Below, piece by piece: positions 57,580 through 64,000 of a stretch of 64,000 nt of DNA. Each line of letters starts with the position of its first letter. Position 1 is the stretch's first letter. The translations under genes were made by a program, and so were the position numbers. Under the pieces are notes generated by a model. It was not told where the DNA came from, did not search any database, and saw nothing but the letters and a program-made list of their open reading frames with translations. The DNA is from Bacteroidetes bacterium HGW-Bacteroidetes-7 (GTDB taxonomy: Bacteria > Bacteroidota > Bacteroidia > Bacteroidales > UBA932), in contig PHDA01000013.1 of assembly GCA_002842465.1 (NCBI GenBank), positions 3,375 through 67,374 on the forward strand, in the 5' to 3' direction.

Positions 57580-58233
57580 CTATTCCTTAAGATAATCGGT
57601 AAACAGAATGCCGTTAAGGTGGTCAATTTCGTGCTGGAAAATTATTGCCGTGAATCCCTCAACCATCTCTCTGTGAAATGACATATCAGGTCTGTTGTAC
57701 TCCAGCAGAATTGCATAGGACCTTGATTTTGGATCACCTCTGCGGTCAGGAACAGAGAGGCAACCCTCTCTTCTCTCTTGCTTTAACTGGGAGTACTGTA
57801 TAATTTTTGGGTTAAGATAGGCTTCAAAAGGTTCGCCAAGTTTATCAAACCTCTGCACCCAAATAACTCTTTTAAGAACACCAACCTGTGGAGCTGCTAT
57901 TCCAACTCCAAGCGATGCAGTGTCATTCACTGTAATATACATTCTCTTGATGAGGGTATTTAAATGAATGTCAGTGGTATCAATGTTTACTTCTGCACTT
58001 TGAGATCTTAATAAAAGAGAGTCAGAGTGAGAGTCAGTTTTGAACACTCTCATTGGAGATTTTGAATCGGTTGACAAAATTAGGTCAATTTCAGCTTCAG
58101 AAAATAAAGATTCAGATGCCTGAGATTGTGTTGAGGTAAGAAGTGTGCCGCAACCAGACACCACCAACATAGCAGCAAAAGCAAATATGCAAATTCTTCC
58201 GGCAATTCTATTTTTCAAACCTGACTTTTTCAT
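57580..58233 (-). CDS. def: Peptide deformylase with N-terminal lipoprotein-type signal peptide (217-aa ORF; core PDF begins near Met61)
   Basis: All three PDF motifs are present: GIAAPQVG, EGCLS and QHEIDHL. The N-terminus MKKSGLKNRIAGRICIFAFAAMLVVSGC has a charged n-region, a hydrophobic h-region and a lipobox. Confidence 0.85.
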   Translation of the reverse strand: MKKSGLKNRIAGRICIFAFAAMLVVSGCGTLLTSTQSQASESLFSEAEIDLILSTDSKSPMRVFKTDSHSDSLLLRSQSAEVNIDTTDIHLNTLIKRMYITVNDTASLGVGIAAPQVGVLKRVIWVQRFDKLGEPFEAYLNPKIIQYSQLKQERREGCLSVPDRRGDPKSRSYAILLEYNRPDMSFHREMVEGFTAIIFQHEIDHLNGILFTDYLKE

Positions 58234-58250
58234 ATTGTTTTATGTTAGCG

Positions 58251-58305
58251 TGTGATTAACATCTAGTTCACATGTTTTTTAAAATAGTTATGATGTGATT
58301 AACAT
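58251..58305 (-). promoter_or_regulatory. Two exact 12-bp direct repeats (TGTGATTAACAT on + strand) in the tsaC-def intergenic region
   Basis: 58251-58262 is identical to 58294-58305, 43 bp apart, within an 87-bp spacer just upstream of the def ATG. Confidence 0.4.
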
Positions 58306-58320
58306 GTGTTTATCGTATAG

Positions 58321-59280
58321 TTATCTGGTTTTATCTGAATACTGATATGCTGCCTTGGTGAGCCTGTCCATAATGGCCTTTCCGATTCCTGATTCGGGGA
58401 CAGGTTGTGAGACAATAAAATCTATCTCGTTGTCATCTTCCATTCTGTGCAGAGCTCCAAAGAGGTTAACAGCCGCATCTTTCAGGTCAGAATTTTTTGA
58501 AAGGAAATCTACCTTTTTAAAACCTTCAGGAAACTGACCGTTAAAAGAGAGGTAGCCGGCCTTTGATGTATTAGAGGGGTTGTTTGAGCCGCCCTCAATA
58601 AATATTGGTTTTAAGGGGCTGTAGTGAGATTTTAAGAGTCCGGGAGAGGCCGGGGCATGTTCTGCCACCTTTGATAGTGAAGCCGGTAAAACCTTTAGCA
58701 GATCTGCAGCTGTGATGAATCCCTCTCTTAATATTATAAAACCTTCATTGTCAAGTGTTATTACGGTGGACTCTATTCCAACCGAAGCAGGGCCTCCATC
58801 CAGAACACAATCAACCTCAGGAAGCTGTTTTTTTACATGCTCTGCCCTGGTTGGGCTAATTCTGCCGAATTTGTTTGCACTTGGAGCCGATATCGGGCAA
58901 CCGGAAAGCTTGATTAACTCAAGGGCTATGTTGTTGTTGGGCATTCTGATTCCAACTGTTGGAAGGCCGGAAGTTACAATGTCAGGGACAATATCACTTT
59001 TAGGCAATACAATTGTCAGCGGACCAGGCCAGAATTTTTGAGCAAGAGCATAAACTCTTGGGTCTTCTGATTTTGTAAGTCTTTTAATATCTGCAATATC
59101 TGCAATGTGAACAATGAGGGGGTCAAAAGAGGGGCGCTCCTTTACGGTAAAAATTTTTGCAACAGCTATGGGGTCAAGGGCGTTTGCACCAAGGCCGTAA
59201 ACAGTTTCGGTAGGGAAGGCTACTAAACCTCCGTTTTTAATAACTTCGGATGCCTCTCGTATAGATTTTGAATTGATCAT
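58321..59280 (-). CDS. tsaC: L-threonylcarbamoyladenylate synthase (Sua5/YwlC type, with Sua5 C-domain)
   Basis: YrdC-domain motifs (GGLVAFPTETVYGLGANA, SAPSANKFG) plus a C-terminal Sua5 domain. 319 aa. Confidence 0.9.
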   Translation of the reverse strand: MINSKSIREASEVIKNGGLVAFPTETVYGLGANALDPIAVAKIFTVKERPSFDPLIVHIADIADIKRLTKSEDPRVYALAQKFWPGPLTIVLPKSDIVPDIVTSGLPTVGIRMPNNNIALELIKLSGCPISAPSANKFGRISPTRAEHVKKQLPEVDCVLDGGPASVGIESTVITLDNEGFIILREGFITAADLLKVLPASLSKVAEHAPASPGLLKSHYSPLKPIFIEGGSNNPSNTSKAGYLSFNGQFPEGFKKVDFLSKNSDLKDAAVNLFGALHRMEDDNEIDFIVSQPVPESGIGKAIMDRLTKAAYQYSDKTR

Positions 59281-59305
59281 CAGTTTTGGAGCATAGAATT
59301 CCCGG

Positions 59306-59313
59306 CAAATTTA
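59306..59313 (-). promoter_or_regulatory. Candidate -7 box TAAATTTG for tsaC
   Basis: TAnnTTTG match 26 nt upstream of the ATG at 59280. Confidence 0.4.
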
Positions 59314-59347
59314 GACTATTATTTCTTACAATGAAACGTAAGCGTTC

Positions 59348-59959
59348 TTACAGCGAAATGCGAATGTTGGTGTCCAGTTCAATTTCGACCCACTCACTGA
59401 TTTTTACAAGGCCAAAAAATTCAACAGGAGGCTCAAGTCCAAAATCTCTGATTGTAAGTCTTATTCTGGCTTTAACATTGTATTTGTCACTACCTGCCGA
59501 CTCCAGAGTCAATGGAAACATATAAGTTTTAGTTTTACCTGCAATTGTTATGTTTCCGTTTGCATTTATTGTTTGAGCAGGTGTGCTTGTCGTGGTGGCC
59601 GGAATCTCCAAATAATTGAGTTTGAGGTATATGTTTGGATTATCTTTCTCATTGACCAGCTTTAGGAATCCACTGTACGCAAGTGGGTCTCTCGATTTAA
59701 AATTCTTTACAGGGATTGCCACTAAATCGGCCAGAGCAGTGATACGCCCTCCGTTTTTGCTGAAAGTTCCCTTGTAGCTGTTTACGGGAATTCCGCTTTC
59801 GTTAATGGTAAGCTTAAATTCGTTGATATTAGTAGAACCGTAAACGGTTATTATGCTGTTATCAAGAAAGTTTGCGTTAAACCTCTGTTGCGAATATAGT
59901 GCTGACTGCATAGCCAACATTAAAATTATTAAAATGAATAGTGTGGTTGTATTTTTCAT
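59348..59959 (-). CDS. Divergent YceI-like secreted protein
   Basis: Signal peptide and a YceI-like pattern (ITVYGSTNINEF, KSRDPL, NGNITIAGKTKTY, RDFGLEPP), more degenerate than the copy at 61345. Confidence 0.55.
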   Translation of the reverse strand: MKNTTTLFILIILMLAMQSALYSQQRFNANFLDNSIITVYGSTNINEFKLTINESGIPVNSYKGTFSKNGGRITALADLVAIPVKNFKSRDPLAYSGFLKLVNEKDNPNIYLKLNYLEIPATTTSTPAQTINANGNITIAGKTKTYMFPLTLESAGSDKYNVKARIRLTIRDFGLEPPVEFFGLVKISEWVEIELDTNIRISL

Positions 59960-59965
59960 TTGTAA

Positions 59966-60001
59966 CTAAAAATAAAACCGGCAAGGGTTACTTACCGGTT
60001 T
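59966..60001 (-). terminator. Rho-independent terminator after OMP gene
   Basis: On the - strand, AAACCGGTAAG-5 nt-CTTGCCGGTTT forms an 11-bp stem with one G.U pair, followed by TATTTTT. Confidence 0.65.
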
Positions 60002-60020
60002 AAATTTATCAATAATACAA

Positions 60021-61301
60021 TTAAAAACCAATAACAGCTTCGAATACGATACCGTTGAATTTACCACCGTTACGTATGTCTGTAGGCACGAAACCATTAT
60101 ATTTCTGACTTACATATTCTGCTTTGGCAAGAATGTTTTTGGTAATGAACCATCCACCACTCACAGCAACTCTGTTGATATCAACATCTGATGCTGCCAT
60201 TTTTGCACTTACAGTGTTGTAACGACCACCAATCCAGAAATTTTTAGTTGAACCGAATCTGTAAAGAAGATCTGTAGCAAACTGGTTTGCACTTCTCTCA
60301 GACTGCTCTGTTCTGTTTCTCCCTTTTGCGCTCTCAAGGGTAGTAAACCACTCAAGACCTCCGAATTGAACGAACAGATTTCCAACAACTGTACTTAGTT
60401 TGTCAGAAAAGCCAGGGTTAAAACGGCCAGAAGTAAATGTAGAGGTTGTGATTGCGTTGTCCATAACCCCAAAGTAGTGAGATCCTGCACGGTCACCATT
60501 AAACAATGTATTTGAAACAGAGCCCGCAGTATGGTATCCCGAAACTGTTGCACGAAGACGAAGATTTTCCATCAACTGGCCATCGTAACCAAATTTACCT
60601 ATAAATGCAGGGTGGTGTTTACCGTCGCTTGCTCCCGGTACAGGAGTGGCTTTAATAACATCACCTTTAATTTTACCATTTGTTACAGAGGCTACACCCA
60701 GAAACCCTTTATGCTGAAATATGACTTCTGCTCCGATTTCGGTTGTAAAGGCATCCATAATGTAGTTTTCTATAAACGGATTGTAGATTGAGTTACCGTT
60801 ATCCGATCTACGGAAGTGAGAATCACCGTAGTTTATCTCCATGTGACCAACCTTAATGGTGGTGAATTTCATAATGTTGTCAATAGCGTCGCTCTTAAGG
60901 AACGGAAGTTTGTCAAACTGAATGTAACCACCTTTTACCCATGTCTCGTTGTGGTGTCTTGATGACAAATAGAGTGTCATGTTAAGAGTAACACCATCTG
61001 CAAGGTAGGCGTCAAAGTAGAGATTGGCATACGCGGTGTTGAACCCCGGTACCATTTCAACAGGTTTGTTAAGATTTGTTGTTCCAGACATGTTAGGCGA
61101 AGCTGTGTTACTTTGACTAAGTGCCTGAAATCCTTGAGTAAAGCTTCCTCCAATATTGAGTTTAACTTTTTCAAAAGGTTTTGTTGTACCCTTAGGTGTT
61201 TCAAAAACATTTATACCGCGCTGGTCATACGGTCGTTGCTGAGCAAAAAGTACTCCTCCCATGAGGAAAAGCGCCGTCAGCATAATTAGATTCTTTTTCA
61301 T
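60021..61301 (-). CDS. Outer-membrane beta-barrel protein (porin-like), unknown substrate
   Basis: Signal peptide (LFAQQ cleavage-like), amphipathic beta-strand periodicity and a C-terminal ...AVIGF. Confidence 0.55.
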   Translation of the reverse strand: MKKNLIMLTALFLMGGVLFAQQRPYDQRGINVFETPKGTTKPFEKVKLNIGGSFTQGFQALSQSNTASPNMSGTTNLNKPVEMVPGFNTAYANLYFDAYLADGVTLNMTLYLSSRHHNETWVKGGYIQFDKLPFLKSDAIDNIMKFTTIKVGHMEINYGDSHFRRSDNGNSIYNPFIENYIMDAFTTEIGAEVIFQHKGFLGVASVTNGKIKGDVIKATPVPGASDGKHHPAFIGKFGYDGQLMENLRLRATVSGYHTAGSVSNTLFNGDRAGSHYFGVMDNAITTSTFTSGRFNPGFSDKLSTVVGNLFVQFGGLEWFTTLESAKGRNRTEQSERSANQFATDLLYRFGSTKNFWIGGRYNTVSAKMAASDVDINRVAVSGGWFITKNILAKAEYVSQKYNGFVPTDIRNGGKFNGIVFEAVIGF

Positions 61302-61344
61302 TTTTTGTTAATAGTTGGTTATTTTAATAGTGCTAATTATATTA

Positions 61345-61947
61345 TTAATAGATAGCTACGAGATTTTGTGCAGGTACATTGACCTCAATCTTAATTGTTA
61401 CAGCATCACCGGTCTTTAACATACCTAAAAGAGCAGTTGGGGCTTTCATACTAAAGTCACTCAACTTAAGCGGAACTGTTCCGCTAACCTGGTATCCATT
61501 GCCGGTTTTTTGGCCAACTGACTTAAAACTCACTTTTTTTGTAACTCCCGCAACTGTCAGATTACCTGTAAGTGTAACCTGTATGTCATTATTGTTGCCG
61601 ATAATGGCTGTTGAGGGTTCGGTAAGTGTAAAGGCGATGGTTGGATTTTTACTTGAATTCAGAGTCTCATATGTCTTTTTATCCATCAGTCTGTCACCGC
61701 TTTTAATGTTCTGTACGGGAAATTTTACGTTTAAAGTCTGAATTACATTAGATCCGCTAACAATAAACTCTCCCTTTAGCTGTTCAACTTTGGTGTTCCA
61801 GTCGTGAAGGTTTGAAGTACCGTTAATTGTGATGGTTGATGTAAAAGTGGTTGCTTTCTGACTCTGCGAGAAGAGAGTGTTTGCTGAGAGGAGGATTACC
61901 CCTGTCAATGCAAGCATAAAAAGCTTTTTGATTTTTAACTTATACAT
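61345..61947 (-). CDS. YceI-family (polyisoprenoid/lipid-binding-like) periplasmic protein
   Basis: Signal peptide. TINGTSNLHDW, NIKSGDRLMDKK, GNLTVAGVTKKV and LSDFSMKAP match the YceI pattern. Confidence 0.75.
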   Translation of the reverse strand: MYKLKIKKLFMLALTGVILLSANTLFSQSQKATTFTSTITINGTSNLHDWNTKVEQLKGEFIVSGSNVIQTLNVKFPVQNIKSGDRLMDKKTYETLNSSKNPTIAFTLTEPSTAIIGNNNDIQVTLTGNLTVAGVTKKVSFKSVGQKTGNGYQVSGTVPLKLSDFSMKAPTALLGMLKTGDAVTIKIEVNVPAQNLVAIY

Positions 61948-61977
61948 GGCTGTTCTTTAATTTTTAAATTGGTTTTT

Positions 61978-62403
61978 TTAATTTTTTAAATTATTCTTAG
62001 TTGCTTTATCTGAAATTATTTGCGCCAGGCTCTTTTTAGCTAACAGTTCGGTATAGTTTTGCCTAAACTCAATCCAATAGTCCCTTGAAACGCAGTCACA
62101 AGCCTGGTCGCAAAAATTTTTATTCTCTATGCACTCAACCACTGTTATTGGTTCGAATGCTGTATATACGTCAAGAACAGAAATCTCCTCTGCAGCTCTG
62201 GTGAGCCTGTACCCACTTCCTCTTCCTCTTGCGTTGGCAATAATCCCCTTTAGTTTTAGGGACGATATAATGCTGTCGAGGTACTTTACAGAGATATTCT
62301 GTTTTAGGGCAATATCCTTTTGAAGCACTCCGTTAGGGTCATCAGAATTCGCAATTTCTATTACTGTCCTGAGACCATACCTGATTTTTGTGTTTAACTT
62401 CAT
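61978..62403 (-). CDS. Rrf2-family transcriptional regulator with C-terminal Cys cluster
   Basis: N-terminal wHTH (TKIRYGLRTVIEIA...) and the Cys cluster ECIENKNFCDQACDC, a candidate Fe-S ligand set. Confidence 0.85.
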   Translation of the reverse strand: MKLNTKIRYGLRTVIEIANSDDPNGVLQKDIALKQNISVKYLDSIISSLKLKGIIANARGRGSGYRLTRAAEEISVLDVYTAFEPITVVECIENKNFCDQACDCVSRDYWIEFRQNYTELLAKKSLAQIISDKATKNNLKN

Positions 62404-62426
62404 AATTACACTGCTTAAATTTTATG

Positions 62427-62434
62427 CAAAGATA
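62427..62434 (-). promoter_or_regulatory. Candidate -7 box TATCTTTG for the Rrf2-YceI-OMP-YceI cluster
   Basis: TAnnTTTG match 24 nt upstream of the Rrf2 ATG. Confidence 0.45.
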
Positions 62435-62577
62435 AATAAAAAAATTATAAATCCTATAAGATTAGTAGTATGAGAGAGAAAATATGTTCAAAAGGAAAAT
62501 AAACGAAAGGGAAATCAAAATTCAGACAAACTTTGTTAAGTAAGTCTAAATGAGATTAAAAGAGTAGTATTTTGGGG

Positions 62578-63798
62578 TTAATCCCTTAGAAGCCCACTTA
62601 CAAATCCTGTAGTCCAGGCGCATTGAAGATTGTATCCGCCGGTGATTGCATCAATATCAAGAAGCTCTCCGGCAAAGTACAAGTTCTTTACAGCCTTGCT
62701 TTCAAGGGTCTTTATATTTACACTGTCAAGACTGATGCCTCCGCAGGTAACGAACTCATCTTTGTAGGATGACTTGCCATTTACCCAATATGAGTCGGCA
62801 GTTAGAATTGTGGTAATTTTGGTGACTCCTTTGCTTCCGATATCACCCCAGCGGACATTACTCTGAAATTCACACTTTGAAACCAGGTGGTTCCAGAGCC
62901 TTGCCGGAACATCAAAAGGTCTTACAGAATTGAGAAGTTTGCCTGGAGATGTTTTGATAATTTCTTTAATGTGCTCTTTAACAGATTCTTCATTGCTGAT
63001 ATCTATCCAGTTTACAGAAATTGTGAAGTTATAGCCCTTCTCATTCATTATCCGGGCGCCAAAAGAGGAGAGTTTTAAAATTGCAGGGCCGCTCATACCC
63101 CAGTGGGTAATTAGAAGAGCACCCTGTGCCTTAATTTTTGTACCCGGCAGGCTGACTGTGGTCTTTTCGGCTACTATTCCCATTAACGACGTGATTTCGT
63201 CTGTAGGTAAATTCAATGAAAAGAGCGAAGGGACAGGCTCTTCAATTTTGTGTCCCAACTTCTCTAGCCACTCAAGACCTCTTTTTTTTGGGCTACCCCC
63301 TGTAGTGACAATAACCTTGTCAAAGGTTTCCGGGTTTAGCTCCGGATTAACAAATGACAATACAAGTGAGCCGGAGGTTTGCGGGTTTATCTCGGCAACT
63401 CCCGCTTGTGTCTTTATTTTAATATTGAGTCTGTAACACTCACGGTGTAAACAGTCGATAATAGATTCAGAGTTTTGAGATTCGGGAAAGAGACATCCAT
63501 CATCTTGCATTACAAGCGGAACCCCTCTGGATTCAAACCACTCTATTGTCTTATTGTTCCCAAACTCCTGAAGCAACCTCTTCATTGCTCTGCCACCTCT
63601 GGGATATGCAGCAGAAAACTCATTTAGCGATTCGCAGCCATTTGTCAGGTTACACCTGCCTCCTCCTGATATTCTCACTTTAGCGAGGGTTACGGGGGCC
63701 TTCTCAAATATTGTAACTGATGAGCCAAAATGGTTTTCTGCAGCTGTTATTGCCGCAAAGAAACCCGATGCTCCTCCACCTATTATTGCAATTTTCAT
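62578..63798 (-). CDS. HI0933/BaiN-like NAD(P)/FAD-dependent oxidoreductase
   Basis: N-terminal IIGGGASGFFAA FAD fold, a GGGRCNLTN motif and the C-terminal FAGELLDIDAITGGYNLQ block typical of the HI0933 family. Confidence 0.85.
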   Translation of the reverse strand: MKIAIIGGGASGFFAAITAAENHFGSSVTIFEKAPVTLAKVRISGGGRCNLTNGCESLNEFSAAYPRGGRAMKRLLQEFGNNKTIEWFESRGVPLVMQDDGCLFPESQNSESIIDCLHRECYRLNIKIKTQAGVAEINPQTSGSLVLSFVNPELNPETFDKVIVTTGGSPKKRGLEWLEKLGHKIEEPVPSLFSLNLPTDEITSLMGIVAEKTTVSLPGTKIKAQGALLITHWGMSGPAILKLSSFGARIMNEKGYNFTISVNWIDISNEESVKEHIKEIIKTSPGKLLNSVRPFDVPARLWNHLVSKCEFQSNVRWGDIGSKGVTKITTILTADSYWVNGKSSYKDEFVTCGGISLDSVNIKTLESKAVKNLYFAGELLDIDAITGGYNLQCAWTTGFVSGLLRD

Positions 63799-63802
63799 GT
63801 GA

Positions 63803-64000
63803 TTATAATGGCCAGAAATATAAAATAAGCGGTACTGCTATTATGACTACCAAAATCGATACCGGTAGCCCCATTCGTATGTAGTCGCCAAAGCGATAGC
63901 CTCCCGGACCCATAACCAGTGTGTTTGACTGGTGGCCGATTGGGGTGAGGAAAGAGGCTGAAGCACCTATGGCAACTGTCATCAAAAACGGATCAGGGGA
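63803..64000 (-). CDS. C-terminal part of an SLC13/DASS-type permease (5' end beyond window)
   Basis: ASASFLTPIGHQSNTLVMGPGGYRFGDY is the conserved C-terminal hairpin of DASS/citrate-transporter-like permeases. The ORF is open to the window edge. Confidence 0.6.
   Translation of the reverse strand, partial: SPDPFLMTVAIGASASFLTPIGHQSNTLVMGPGGYRFGDYIRMGLPVSILVVIIAVPLILYFWPL

Noticed and set aside
1-64000. Search by eye for defence systems, toxin-antitoxin pairs, prophage genes, rRNA, CRISPR repeats and riboswitch-sized leaders.
   Set aside because: I recognised none. The intergenic regions are short, except 4287-4636, 10207-10375, 11165-11377 and 62404-62577. Those contain only terminators, promoter boxes and the repeats reported above.

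Overview
This is a Bacteroidota-type chromosomal segment: it has a SusC/SusD pair, many lipobox lipoproteins, and recurrent TAnnTTTG -7 promoter boxes. Most of it is conserved housekeeping. On the + strand, korA-korB-gdhA. On the - strand, the classic block tRNA-Thr/Tyr/Gly/Thr-tuf-tRNA-Trp-secE-nusG-rplKAJL-rpoBC, then feoB-like, dxs, MFS, purA, ssb, aroE, trmH-like and lysS. recJ is on the + strand. Further - strand groups are aroK-parC-era-rluB, tonB-exbD-exbB, def, tsaC, and an Rrf2/YceI/OMP cluster. I found no rRNA, CRISPR array, integrase, transposase or recognisable defence genes.

The accessory part is a SusC/SusD-linked locus at 4.6-16.5 kb. It has no glycoside hydrolases. Instead it encodes two orphan lipoproteins, a DUF4369/TlpA-fold lipoprotein whose CxxC is replaced by SxxS, and two tandem BACON-BACON-FN3-M64-like metallopeptidase lipoproteins. 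Both peptidases carry a one-residue-expanded zinc motif, HEAGGH. I consider this the best candidate for an undescribed system: a surface proteolysis and peptide or glycopeptide import locus.

Other unusual items:
- an RluB-type pseudouridine synthase with 48 uninterrupted heptad repeats (ERKPFDG/ERKPYDR) fused N-terminally
- a FeoB membrane domain with no G-domain
- a peptide deformylase ORF carrying a lipoprotein signal
- a TrxR-like flavoenzyme that lacks the NADPH-binding arginines, paired with an atypical thioredoxin-fold protein
- an orphan lipoprotein gene bracketed by inverted repeats and duplicated GTGCACTC terminators

All domain assignments come from motif recognition by eye. No database search was run.
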